64,000 bases of DNA from Tubiluchus corallicola (GCA_030141605.1 JAQGDQ010000032.1:496001-560000), one strand, 5' to 3'; counted from the stretch's first letter, positions 10,562 to 22,722 are shown. Made by a program: numbers and translations. The notes: generated from the letters alone by a model not told the origin.

Positions 10562-12807
10562 TTGTATATATACACATTTTTATATTATGAAATTGTCGTG
10601 ACAACATAATACACAAATAATTAAAAACCGTCATCATGTATGTTAGTCTAGTAACTGTCACCAATGTGGTATCAATCTATAATTTGTGTAACATTAGCAG
10701 TATCTAAACAAAAGCAATAAAGGCTAAATCCTCAATTTGTTTCTTAATTATCATGTATTTCAAAGCTGTGATGGGTGCAAATACATACAAGCAAGCAAAA
10801 TGTTACAATATTACGTGGAGTATCACTAGTTTCACAATCGTTAGTGATTTGAATAAATCTGTGAGAAATATGTTACACTAGTTTCTTCATTTTTCATTAC
10901 AATCTTGAATCTGGAATTAATCATTCAAGTTAACAAAATTATTATTTGTAACAAGCAACGGCAAAACTATATTAATGATTGTCTTTTGCGCATCTTGTCT
11001 TAGTGCAAATAAGTAACAACATAGTTATGCTAATTGCAATTTGATACAAATTACTGTGCTTTTAATACAATTAACTCCTCATACAAGCATTTGATTGTCA
11101 AATGGCATTTATCAGACATTTGGATGCGATTTGCATTAGGATACCACTAAAAAGATGCATAATAACACATTCCGGATGCCTAGTAAATGTTGCTTTAGAC
11201 TACACTGCACTCATTTCTTGCTAGTGAACTGTATATAAAAAGTGACTTAAGTTAACATACTGTGAATATTCTTGTATATTTAGTATACCATGGGTCAGTG
11301 ACGTCTGTTTCTATTAAATAAATTTATTGTTTGTTCCAGGCTTAATAATAATTAATTTTAGATTGTCAAAACAACGCATTCAAGGGCCTCTTTAGTGCCC
11401 GAGTTTCAGAACTATGTATAATAGTGTATAATAATTATAATAATGTATAAGCGTAAAAAGCCACAATGTGTCAATAATAAAAATGGGGTACATCATGAAC
11501 TGTGTCAGGAGCTACATGTTAAAGCAATTAACATAGTGCACATTTTGCAACAATATCTGCTCTAGTAAAATTCTCAATAAAATCAACAAAGAAACCTATA
11601 ATCATGGCTGTATATACACTATAAATGCAATAAGGTGTGGAACTATACTGCCAGCTAGCTAGAATGCTATAAATTATTTTACAGAAGACAGATCAACAAT
11701 GTACGTAAAAAGTGTGTAACACAAGCACATGCACCTTATTTAAAAAACACAACCAGAATTTTACTATTTTAATGACACTACATCACACCAGGTTCATCAT
11801 TTCTGGTTTCTGCCTGTGTCACAAGGAACCAGTGCAAAATCTCAGTCAAGTTATTCTATATAAAAATGTGAAAGGCACGTAAGTATGTACATACTCCATT
11901 AAGATAGTATAATAATAATAATAATATATTAGCAAGCGACTCGTACATAAGCAACAGCTAACAAAAACAAAACCTAAAACAATGTATTTATCACTAAATA
12001 TGAAACAAAGTATAATAACATCCATGATTTATAATTTTCACAGCACAGCAATTTAAACGTCAATTGACAAAAGATTTATTCATGAATATTGTGAACAACA
12101 ATCGTGGGAAAACAGCAACATACTGCTGTAAGAGTATTACATCATACAGAAAAATTCAACAAATTTTAATGTGGAAAATAACATGGTTGAATACTACTGT
12201 TTGACTGCAACTGAAAGCCTAACTAAATAAAGCATACTTCTTATATTATAAAGCTACTTTGGCAACATTATGCAGTGAGCTTCACCACTATCAATGGTGA
12301 AATGTACAAAATAGAGCACCAGTGTATGTAGGCATTTGAGCTACAATTATGCATTGCATATGCGCTTGACTGTACACATTATGATTGTCACAGTGAAAAA
12401 TAACAACAGCAATTGGAAGTGCACTTGTGTCTCATAAAAATAGTATAAAATGATGGAAGCTCTGTGCGTGAGGTTGAAAAGTGTTAAACACAACTACAAA
12501 AGAAATTTCTCCGTGGCGTTACACTTCTTGGCATAGAGTGCTGATGTCAAATTGTATATTCAGTTATCACACAACAAGCAATCATACATATTAATACATA
12601 TCCATGGTAACTACATCCGTGAGAAATTAAATGATGTATAATAATTATATATGAATACGTAGAAAAAGTAAATTATGCAAGTTGAAGTCTACATGCAGTA
12701 TCAAAAGAGGAAAACCAAAAACCTACAAAAGTATGCAGTATTAGTCACTAATACTGTAGTAACTAAAATAATGGTTTCAAGTTATCTGCTTAATAAATGT
12801 GAAATAG

Positions 12808-13371
12808 GATAGTAGAATTATGCAGAGTGGTACATAACCTTTTGCTAGGGGGTACAAAAACTGCAAAAAATAGTACAGAACAATTCATAGCATCAAGTTA
12901 CTATTGAAACAATAGCAAATCTGTCACGCCCTCAAAATTTAGTGTAAGCCTTGGGTATCTCATATAGCCTGCAGAGAGGTGTGTGATCGCAGCAGCGACG
13001 TGCAGAACTCAAGATCCTCTAACATCTTGCAAATGGCTGACAAATTTGTCTGTTGAATACTGATCAATAGTATGTTCTTGGAATACCTAAGCATCTACTC
13101 ATCTTTCAAAAAAGATACAATATATTTGGCGGGGTTGAGGTACAGTGCATTTCCAGGTCACACAATTTAATCGAAAACATTATTACCAGAATTTTCTGAT
13201 TACTGCTCCCATCACGTGACACCTGAAGCTTACACACTAAATTCTGAAAGCATTATAGATTTACTACTGTTTTAGCAATGCTTAATGTAATGAATTGCTC
13301 TGTACTGTTATTCGTTGTTATAGTACACCCCAAGCAAAAGGTTACATACAGTCCGGCGTAATTCACTATGT
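12808..13371. repeat. Long imperfect inverted repeat (arms about 12808-12966 and 13211-13371) directly after the basonuclin stop codon
   Basis: Hand alignment of about 160 nt at roughly 70-75% identity with few indels; exact cores 12835-12846/13333-13344 and 12936-12945/13234-13243. Confidence 0.9.
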
Positions 13372-13394
13372 CGTTCTTAAAACCTCCGTGCTGA

Positions 13395-15737
13395 TCACTG
13401 ACTGCTGCCATTTAGACTAAGGTGTTTATGAAGGCTATCATTTTGCGCATGGCGATTCCTCGATTTTCTTGTTGAAAATATTTTTTCACATCCTTCAACC
13501 GTACAAGTGAACATCTCCTTTGGATGTACCTTTTCAAAATGTTCTTTGAGAACGAGATTATCACGAAAAGGTTGGAAACACACATGACACTTTACTAAAC
13601 CTTGGGGATCTGGTATGGGCCCTTCAGTTATTGCATCCTGCGGAGTTACATAAGAGTGACTGTTCGTTAGTTCCTCCTTCGACTCATTATCTTCATCCTC
13701 GGGAGTAGCTTTGTCATCGATACCTTCATCTTCATTCATGTCTTCTTGGTGATCATTCTCAAGTTTGTTATTCTCATGAAATTTTTTATAAAGTTCAGTA
13801 ATAGAATGAGAGTCATAAATTTTAGACAGAAACTCATCTCGTAGACTCTGCTGGTCATTCTGCATGTCATTATCTCCATGAGTAGATAACAACTTTCTAT
13901 GTAGGTTGAGATTAGCACTGTGTCTATCACGGCTGCGCTTTGAAGGAAAAGCAGCATTACAACCTTCCACGTTGCATGTATGCATGAGCTTCAAATGAAC
14001 ATTTTGGTAGTGTGTCTTCACTCCAAAGTGATTCTGAAACATCTTTCCACAAACAATGCACCTCCTTGGGTTTTCCGGATCCATCGGGATACTTGAATTT
14101 GTTGAACCATCTGATCCATCACTACGACATCTGTTGGGTGAGTTCGGTCGAGAGTTTCCAGAACTGAATGAACTGTTTGACTCTTGGTCCGAATCACCAT
14201 TTTCTAATTGACTAGAGTTGACTATACGGTCATTATTTTTTTCTATCATGCTGCCTGGAGATGCATGTCCAGCACCTAGAACAGCAGCAAGCCGACTGGG
14301 GATCACTGAATCTGGTTTAGTTAAGCTACTTTCATTCACATCAATATCCTTAATGCGATGCCTTAGTAAGGACTCCATTTGTTCCAGAGCTTTACTTTTA
14401 ATAGTAGAAATATCTGCATTACCATTATGGGTTTCTTCTTTTGCATGCTCACGTGCTTTCAGTTTTTTCACCGAGGTATCTTCATCATCCTCATTAACAT
14501 CGGGACTGAGCTCATCTTCATCTACTTCAGCCTGTTTCTGCAATGACAATACAATTTCTGGTACATGTTCACCTTCAGAGTTCTCACTGTCCTTCATTTC
14601 TGCCAGATTATTTTCATTACTATTAACTCCTTGTAATTCACATTCAGATCCTTCATCATTAACTGCAGTTTTGTCTCCTCTTTGAGCACAGCGTGTAGGT
14701 GTATTACTTTTTCTCTTGCGACTCGTGCCTTGTTCAAATTTTGTTGGTAATTGGGTAGGTGTTATAGTCATGTCAGTAGCTTCACAAGAGTCTTCATCCT
14801 TAACAGAGTCCGGAGATAGATGTTCATCATCTCCATACATACCCTCAACATTTGCATTATTGTCAACTGATTCTTTGCTTACACTGGAGCTTTGACTTAG
14901 GTCCATTCCTTTGTCAAGCTGGTAAGGATTTGGCACCATGGTTGGTGGCAAGCCATCTGATGGGTCTAAGCCTAAAGAAGTAGGACTGTGCGCTAATGTT
15001 AATGGTGCACCCAAATGAGTCTTTCGTCTCACACCAGCCATGTGTAGTTTGGGGTTAGGATTAGCACTGTGGCGGTTTCTGCTTCGGCGAGAACTGAACA
15101 TCATGTTGCAACCCTCCACTGTACATTTATGCATCTCTCTAAGATGAACAGCACTGAAATGAATCTTTAATGCTCCTTTGTCACAAAATGTTTTTAAGCA
15201 CGCTTCACACTGGACACGTTTTTTGCCTGTAGACGGATTTATTGACAAGGAATTTAAGCCCACTGAACCCCATCTTCGTTTTAAGGGATTGTTAGATTTT
15301 CGCAGATGTTTAAGCTTATCGTCGGCATAAGAGACTGGCGTAGATGTAATCAGTGAAAGAGGTGCTGAGGCTGAATTTGTACTTAGATCCTGTGCTTTTT
15401 CCTCTTCTGGCTCACGCTTGATGTCTTTCCTTGGTAACAATGAAAGTGCCTCTTGTTTTGCAGCTGCGCTAAGAAGTGCAGCATTTTTTTCAGCTAGCAG
15501 AGCTGTAGCTGCAGAGCCAAGGTGCCAACTTAGTGCCATGTTATGTCCAAACAAGGAACTAACAGCAGCTTGCTTTTCTGGTGGACTGATGCTGGGACTT
15601 GTTCTGTAGTCATATGGCTGCATATTTTGTAATTTGCCAAGTGGAGAGCTGCTATACACAGGACTCGCACTTTGGAGAGAGAATCGTGTGGTTGAGACTG
15701 GACCAGAAACGGGTGATACAGGGGGTGGCGTACTTGT
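13395..15737 (-). CDS. BNC2: Basonuclin/disconnected-family zinc-finger protein, terminal exon with all three C2H2 finger pairs and an NLS
   Basis: 780 codons including KKRVQCEACLKTFCDKGALKIHFSAVHLREMHKCTVEGCNMMFSSRRSRNRHSANPNPKLH (basonuclin/disco signature), SRKRKS NLS and two more finger pairs. Acceptor tcttttcttgcAG; TGA at 13395-13397. Confidence 0.97.
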   Translation of the reverse strand, partial: TSTPPPVSPVSGPVSTTRFSLQSASPVYSSSPLGKLQNMQPYDYRTSPSISPPEKQAAVSSLFGHNMALSWHLGSAATALLAEKNAALLSAAAKQEALSLLPRKDIKREPEEEKAQDLSTNSASAPLSLITSTPVSYADDKLKHLRKSNNPLKRRWGSVGLNSLSINPSTGKKRVQCEACLKTFCDKGALKIHFSAVHLREMHKCTVEGCNMMFSSRRSRNRHSANPNPKLHMAGVRRKTHLGAPLTLAHSPTSLGLDPSDGLPPTMVPNPYQLDKGMDLSQSSSVSKESVDNNANVEGMYGDDEHLSPDSVKDEDSCEATDMTITPTQLPTKFEQGTSRKRKSNTPTRCAQRGDKTAVNDEGSECELQGVNSNENNLAEMKDSENSEGEHVPEIVLSLQKQAEVDEDELSPDVNEDDEDTSVKKLKAREHAKEETHNGNADISTIKSKALEQMESLLRHRIKDIDVNESSLTKPDSVIPSRLAAVLGAGHASPGSMIEKNNDRIVNSSQLENGDSDQESNSSFSSGNSRPNSPNRCRSDGSDGSTNSSIPMDPENPRRCIVCGKMFQNHFGVKTHYQNVHLKLMHTCNVEGCNAAFPSKRSRDRHSANLNLHRKLLSTHGDNDMQNDQQSLRDEFLSKIYDSHSITELYKKFHENNKLENDHQEDMNEDEGIDDKATPEDEDNESKEELTNSHSYVTPQDAITEGPIPDPQGLVKCHVCFQPFRDNLVLKEHFEKVHPKEMFTCTVEGCEKIFSTRKSRNRHAQNDSLHKHLSLNGSSQ

Positions 15738-16232
15738 CTGCAAGAAAAGATACAAAAGATTATTATACTGAAAAATAACCTCATGTTAAAAGCTAAGCAT
15801 AAGTTAAGATATGCTAGGCATTTTGACAAAGTCATCATTTTAATGTCAAGTAAATTATGAAAGTCATATGTCTGAATATGGGGCAACCTACCTAGACTCA
15901 GAGATGCTAGAATATAATTTAGCGTTACTTTGACAAACTGTACATAATTATGAAGAAAAACAATTTGAGACACCAGCATTGGGTCTCTAAGGATGCTAGT
16001 ACTTTTTCTCTTAATCACCAAGATCACCATAATTACCAAAACATTCACAGTTGGGTTAGCAAGCAAACTGGTCTCGTTCTGCCCTGCTCAACCCCAATAT
16101 TTTTAATGCTAAATAGGTAAACCACACATATAAGATCCAGAACAACTCAGCAGCTAATAATACCACTTCAGTTTGCAGTCTTCGTATAACAAGAGAAGCG
16201 ACTGTAACAATAAAATCAATGCTAATGCTTAC

Positions 16233-16424
16233 CCTAATGGCTCCAGGTGAAGGCAAGCCCACAGGAGTAAGGGTGGAGCTCCTCTCCGTGAGGCTGATAG
16301 ATGTTGTGCTGGAGGGCGTCTGGATGTATGGGTTTGAGGCGCGGTGCATTCTCTCGATGAACTTCTTAATATCTGAGTCACTCCGAGGAGCAAGAATGGA
16401 GTAATCTGCCTGTTCTTTGCTATC
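16233..16424 (-). CDS. BNC2: Basonuclin exon (DSKEQADYSILAPRSDSDIKKFIER...PGAIR)
   Basis: 192 nt, phase 0/0, ttgtAG and GTAAGC; SDSDIKKFIE resembles BNC2 TDSDIRTFIE. Confidence 0.93.
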
Positions 16425-16582
16425 CTACAAGCACAAGAGGTAATAATATCATCTATGTTTACAGCATTCAAGTTGCAAGAAAACAGTAAGGTTAACATTT
16501 TCTTTATGATCTTAAGCTTCCTTTTAGCAGATAGGCTGTAATAGTTTTTGTCAGGTAGCAGTACTTTAATTAGTAGCAATAC

Positions 16583-16705
16583 CTGCAGCAGTATACTTTG
16601 CGCTATGGCTCTTGTTTCTCCAAACCGTAGAAACTGTTGTAGGATAATCTGCTCTTCTTGCCTGGTTGCAACCATCCACTTGTCAAGAACACGCCCTGAT
16701 GCATC
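16583..16705 (-). CDS. BNC2: Basonuclin exon (DASGRVLDKWMVATRQEEQIILQQFLRFGETRAIAQSILLQ)
   Basis: 123 nt, phase 0/0; closely matches BNC2 DAAGKVLDRW...LQQFLRFGETKSI. Confidence 0.96.
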
Positions 16706-17409
16706 CTAAGAACAACAAAAGTGAAACACACGGGTAACGTAATGTCATTTAAAACTTATGTTTTCTATACCTACTCAGAAAAAGACTGTCCACATATTCA
16801 AGTTCAAGCAATCTATTATTGTTGAGATGGGACGATATACAAAACATCATAGTGCTACCTATGCCACATGATTGAAGTTGTCAAACAGGTATTTGCACCA
16901 CATATTCTTTTAGTTTACATTTCCATGAATAACATTCTCGGTCTATCTATCAGGATGGAATGAATAACAACTTGAACACCGAAAATTGTCGATAGCCACA
17001 ATTACACAGATCAAGACCATCTCTTGTGCTTTTTTAAATTGATTGGCATTAGTGATATGTACAAGACTTTTGAAGCACATAATGAGAGCATCATTTAAGG
17101 CCATTGTCATAAAATAAACAGCCAGTCAAGCCATGATTAATGACACTTGAACCCCAGGCCAGTTAATAATAAGAGCTGTTTTTGCTTAGCATGTAAGGCA
17201 TGGCCAATAAGGCCAGCAGCTGCACATAAGGAGTGTAATACTCTTATACTCAACATTCATGCTGACATAATAACTTGGACAATGAATTCCTGCATAGATT
17301 TGTAGACTTCTTTTATTGTAGTTAGGCAAACTAGTCGAGCCAAATTGAGTGCAAATTGTTCTTGGCCCTCTGGTGGCCAAGAATTCTATTAACTCTTCTA
17401 GTCACATTA

Positions 17410-17760
17410 AATATTTAGCAGGCACGGCGACAAGCGGGACCACGTAAATCTTAATGGCATCTGTTAGGACAGTGTGGAGTTAAATTATCTGCTGCCAAAG
17501 TGAATTGGGGAGAGACGTCCATTCGTTTATTGAATCACGATGATGTATAGATCATAACTTGTCCATCTCTGGCCTCTGCAAAGTTCGCGTGTCGCGCGGA
17601 TTGGGATGATGCGCGAACACTTAGCGATAAATAACAAATGACGCGCTGATTGACTGGCAACACTATAATGTACTGTGGGACAACAACAATCTGATTGGTG
17701 TCAATTAGCCCAAATAATGCGCGTTTATCCAAAGTGAGGGTTTTAACCCTACAGTGACTA
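17410..17760. promoter_or_regulatory. CpG-rich intronic island with Pbx/Meis-type TGATTGAC and CCAAT-like motifs
   Basis: Abrupt CpG density, TGATTGAC near 17647 and CTGATTGGTGTCAATTAG near 17691. Confidence 0.4.
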
Positions 17761-19027
17761 AGGCGAATATGACTTACTTATCATACTGTGGTAGGACCGG
17801 ATCTAAATCATTTTCAGGGATAATAATGCTCTAAAACGAGATTGACATGTTAGGAACGCTGCTCCTACGCCCGTATAATTTTTGAAATTGAGACTAGCTA
17901 TTGTTGCTGAAACGAATGCTGAAGAAATTTGAATAATTAAAAAATATAAACTAGAATGTAGACTACAAAAATTGAAGCGTATGATGTCAGCCCTCGGCCT
18001 TAATTTCGTAAAATCTAAGAACGCATCTGAGCAAATGAGCTTCCAAAATAATGTCTACAATAAAAGTCTCAAAGGGAAAGGGGCAAACTGACAAAGTTCA
18101 GCAACCCTGAAAATCCTTTCATTTCGTCCTCATTTCGCTACTACAATGGTGTTTTAATATTGTAAGTACACGACATTGTAATTGGGTGGTATTGTAATTA
18201 CACTTTAAAAGCAAAATTAGAAAATAATGGACTTATGGACATTATTGGCACAGTAGACGTGCTCGTATAGATTCACGCAACAGGACAATTGATAACAATA
18301 TGCACTTATAACAAGACGAGAAGGACAATACCGGCTTTAATCAACAGGTCTATTACTAAGGGTTTTATAACTAGATAATTTGTTTTAAATGGTCGCTGAG
18401 AATAATGATTTTATTACGAGCTATATCAAAATTGAGGTTTGTGTTATATGGAAGTATACTGGTGTCTTGGCTTCAACGTTATAAAATATGCTTACTGGCA
18501 ATGCACACTGGTAACCCTGAAGTTCATTACCCCAAAGAAGGTATTTGCTAGTGAAAAAGTTTCATGGAATTGTCAAAATGACTCTCGTAAATTCTAGTCT
18601 CCTATTTTCTTTTGCAATCCAGTTTTCTCTCGGTCTTTGCTTATTCTTTTCCCATTTCTTTTATTTGTCTATTTATCCATTCACTCTTCTAAATACTGAA
18701 ATGTGGGGCCACAATCTTGTTTAGGAGCTGCAAATCAAAATTTGAGCTATTTTTGGAGTTTTGGGCTTTTTTATACTTGCTCAATCCAGTGTTCTTTCTC
18801 TATTGTATCGGTACGCCACCCATGACCAGACGCTATCAAATTATAAACAGAGCCTCTAAAGGATAAGAAAGGGGTACCTGAAGTAGGTTTCAGAAAAATT
18901 ATATTACTTTACTACAGCAATTTTATGCATATATCGTACTCGCGTTAAAAGGAATATTTATTTGTTTTCATTTTAATCTCCCACAATACTGTTCCGACGG
19001 TGCCATTACATGATACCACTTACGCCC

Positions 19028-19491
19028 AAATGTCCCAAAAAACTTTCCGTGCAAATCTATATTACTTAGCATTTCGCTTATCTGCTGAAATGACTTAGGT
19101 AACTAAAACATTAATTTAAAATGTTCTTGCCTATTGGTAAATTGTCACTGACTCATCCTCCAGAGTGCGCCACTCACTAATCAAAAACGTATTTTTAATC
19201 TTATTGACAAGCTACAGTAATTAGAAATTTTACTTAGTTAGTAACATGTGCGCAACGCACGCTCTGATTATTTTTTCAAACTTCACGCAATGTTATCTAA
19301 ACTTGTTTCAAACGATCTATCATCAAAATCGCTCCACCTAACGGTCATCGCGGTATTTTAAATTTACAAATTTTATACAACGTTACTGCCGACGCAAGCC
19401 CTGTATGCAAAAAGGCAGTAGGTAAGTGGTATAAAATTTCAAGACGAATTTTTTAAGCTTTATGAAAGTGGAGGGTTTTCTTGTGTTTTAA
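19028..19491 (+). mobile_element. TTAA-flanked non-autonomous DNA transposon (Kolobok-like), copy 1, 5' end missing
   Basis: Collinear with 50137-50642 (gtcccaaaaaactttccgt, tgtcactgactca, tgattattttttcaaactt, aaacttgtttcaaa); ends gggttttcttgtgttTTAA. Confidence 0.8.
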
Positions 19492-19959
19492 GAAGAAATA
19501 CAGAGCTGGGTTTGGCACACAGAAAAAGTTGTCAGTCAAATCCTAGTTTGGTCCAAAACGCAATTTTTATACCGACTTTCTAGTTTTATTCACGTAATAA
19601 ACTACGTTCTGCGAGGGTAATATAAGAAATAGGAAATAAGCTGACGAAAATTAATGGAAAGCTGCTATTATCGTGCATCAAGAATCACAATGCTAATTGC
19701 AAGTTACAATATTCACTAAGTAAAGACACAGAGATGAAATGAATTGTTGTGATGTGTAGCATCTGTCAACTTTGTTCACATGGTACATTGAGTTCGAGAA
19801 GACAGCAGTCAGAAAATTACAGAATAATGTCCAAAACAAGCTTATAGTGTCTAGGCCTTGTTAAATGCACTCCATCATAAAAAGACTGCAAGCATTTTAA
19901 TAAGAAATTGCTGGAAACAGAAAAATGACTAAAGATATCTAGCAACAAGAGACATTCCT

Positions 19960-20170
19960 TTTTTGTCTTTCTCACTCTCTGCCTCTCTCTCGCTTTCTCT
20001 CTTTCACTCTTCCTTTTCTGTCTGTTCATCTGTCTATTTGCATTTTCTGTTTTCTTATCTTCCTCTTCTGCCCCCTTCTTTTCCCTGCTGCTACATCTCA
20101 CCTTTCTCGCCTCTTTTTCTCTCTCCCTAGGCACTCTCTCTTGTTCCATTTCCTCTTTCTGCTTTCCTTA
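19960..20170. repeat. CT-rich low-complexity tract
   Basis: Degenerate (CT)n/polypyrimidine run. Confidence 0.8.
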
Positions 20171-21244
20171 CACTTAACACAGCCAATGTGCCAGGAATTC
20201 CACTATTGTGCGAAGATTATGATCCAATCCAATCTATCCTCGAGCTTTAAGCAGTTTATTAAACGGAGATATTTCTTTTAAAACGACCCGGAATCAGCAC
20301 ACAGTTACCAAGGTTTTATGTTCGCGTTTGAAGCACATGTCTAACATTTCCCCTGCGTGAACGCATCTTGAAATCTGTTTTTCTAACCCCGTCTGTTTTC
20401 CAGTGCGAGCTGACACTGCGTTTTAACCCAACCATTTTATTGCGTTTTTTCAAGTTTGTGGCAATTTTTTCCTCAATCGGCCTGCATCTTAATCTTCGCC
20501 CTTTGCGAAAAGCCTGTCAAAGTTAGCAGATTAACAGCCCAGTAAAGACCCATCCGACTGCCATCAGTCGTGGCTTGATGGCTCGGCACATGCCTCTGTT
20601 TACTTACACTAGCTGCATGGCTGACAGAGACTTCACAGACGAGCACATTCTTGCATGGCTTCCCTGGCTTCCTGGATCATATTTGGGGAACAAAGTGACA
20701 TGGGTGGAACTAACATTAGACCAACGGTACTCGCATGTATTATAGTGCAGGACAATAGGGTTATTATATACTTACTAGTAACTATTATTAAATAAACTGA
20801 TCAAAACGTAAAATGCGCATTGAGATTACCTGTCTCTTTTTGGCGTTTGACCATAGGCTGTCAAGCAGTTTGAAATGGTAAAAAATAAGAAATCGTGAAA
20901 TTACTTCGTCTCAAATGGGTGCCCTAAAAACACCTTTCCGCTCATCATCTATAGGCATGTATGGCTCAACAACGATGTCTCTTACGACTTACACTAACAC
21001 AAACTTATATTTGTATGAGTTGGGATGGTATTTAGCATGAGCTGGGACTCTGGCGTTTAGTCTTATACAGAGATAAGAAAGTATAAAGAAGCGAATACCA
21101 CAAGATACATAAATACTGCCAAAGAACTAAGAAGCAGTACGGGCTGCTGGGAGTAAACAATGTCAATTTCGTAAAAAATGAACTGAAACCGCTTCAATGC
21201 TCTGGAATAGGATCGAGAATGAAAGCTTCTTTAATGGATCTTAC

Positions 21245-21301
21245 CTGCAAAATATAGCCTCTTGCATAGTCTTCATAAGTCCAGCCAAACCCATGTAGCA
21301 C
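21245..21301 (-). CDS. BNC2: Basonuclin exon (VLHGFGWTYEDYARGYILQ); not in the ORF track
   Basis: 57 nt, ttacAG and GTAAGA; matches BNC2 ILHGLGWTLRDYVRGYILQ. Confidence 0.96.
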
Positions 21302-22540
21302 CTGTAATGGAAAAGGAGTCTATTGCCAATAAGTATAATACCAGTAAGCGAGTTCAACAAATTTATTAACAATATAATATTTTCCAATATGCTTTCAGCT
21401 ATGCTTGGTAGCTACGGGAAAACAAAGATGGAAAATATAAAATCTATAAAAAGCCTAATACCTAAAAAATCACACTTAATCAGTCACACTGTGCGGATCA
21501 TAATGTTACTGCTCAATGTTTAATGTGCTTCTTGTCATATTTAAATAGCAGTGACGAGTGATCAGGGTTACACATGGGCATACCTAATAATCTGCCGTAT
21601 TTGAAATAAATAAATAAGTGATTGCAACTATTATTAGCATAATATTTTTTTACATTTCCTGAAGCAATGGATGTATTATGTTGCACACTGCACAGTATTC
21701 TTTCAGACTTTTGACTTAAAATCTGACAAAATCTTTGTTGGCATCAATGAATAACAATAAACGGATACCCATTACACATATTCTATAACAAGATGAGTTA
21801 CGTTTGGTTAGTGTTCAAAGTTTTTTGCTCTTCCATTCTTTTTGCTTGGTTTTTCTGTAATGTATAGCCTTTCATTGTGGTTAGGCAGAGTAAATCTATT
21901 TTTGTAAGGTTTCGGAAATGTCTGCAGAGATAACAATAATGTAGTTATTCGCTATTGTAGAAAGAGGATACAAAGGATAGTCAAAGACATCGGCAGAACC
22001 ACATACATATCTAGATGAAATTGTCCCAAGGTCGTCCCAGGGCTTGACTTTGACTATGCAGTGCTTATTGTTTAACTGATGCTCAGGTTTCAAAGTTGAT
22101 GGGGACGGAATTTCTCTTAGTACCCAGGAAAACGTCTAAAATGAGACACTGGACCAACAGAGGTGTCTCAGTCACGTCTGCCCTCCAAGAGGGAAATAGC
22201 AGCAAGCATTCAGTTCAAATTGCAAAAAAACATCTTTTTGCTAGTCGGGTCTAGTGTTGCTTAATTTTGCTCATACAGTGACCACACAACTATTCTCTCA
22301 AGAAAATTTTGATTCACAGTTTTTAAGCGTAAAGGGGGTACTAATTATGCCACGTCTATGACAATGGCAGTGATAGGGGTTAATAGCACGGGGGGGGATT
22401 TCTTTAACAGATAAACCAATCCCACATATTTAGCTTGTTATTGTATTTCTTGGCAACTGTTTGCTGTATAGAATTAGTATTGATTAAATTCGAACGAGAC
22501 ATCCACTGACATCTGTTAAAGTTTTCTCTTGTAAACTAAC

Positions 22541-22722
22541 CTGTAGTACATCCTCATGTTGAAGTACACTAAACAATCTATCTAGCAGTATCTTTAGACG
22601 TATAGGTGTCGCCTGAGTTCCGTATAGCATCAAAGAGGCGATGTCAAATACCACGTTGGTGGTTACGATTTCCACGTGAGTGCCAAGATGGTACAAATGT
22701 CTGAAGCCAAGTTTCTCCAGCG
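22541..22722 (-). CDS. BNC2: Basonuclin exon ([11 protein letters not shown]...[37 protein letters not shown])
   Basis: 182 nt, phase 1/0, ttttgcAG and GTTAGT; matches [33 protein letters not shown]. Confidence 0.96.

Larger units (their letters stand above)
10535..13394 (-). other. Probable long basonuclin 3' UTR (about 2.8 kb)
   Basis: U/UGU-rich on the minus strand, no ORFs, minus-strand AATAAA at 10556-10561 (other candidates near 11323 and 12076). Confidence 0.5.

Noticed and set aside
11872-12360. Single seed matches for miR-124, miR-182, miR-29 and miR-33 in the basonuclin UTR
   Set aside because: Number is within chance expectation for a 2.8-kb AT-rich UTR without conservation data.
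12749-12775. TAATACTGT resembling the 5' end of mature miR-8/miR-200
   Set aside because: Match stops after 9 nt and the loop is only 3 nt; not a pre-miRNA.
13377-13397. Stop-codon readthrough stimulated by the downstream hairpin
   Set aside because: Context is TGA-TCA rather than TGA-CTA, and readthrough would add only about 6 residues before TAA.
14218-14685. 155-aa + strand ORF and other ORFs overlapping the large basonuclin exon
   Set aside because: Antisense or alternate-frame shadows of the real CDS; no recognisable product.
19817-20149. Charged or low-complexity ORFs (also 25513-25776, 26697-26972, 39381-39748, 45491-45694, 47733-48029, 60879-61148)
   Set aside because: Translations of microsatellite or low-complexity DNA.
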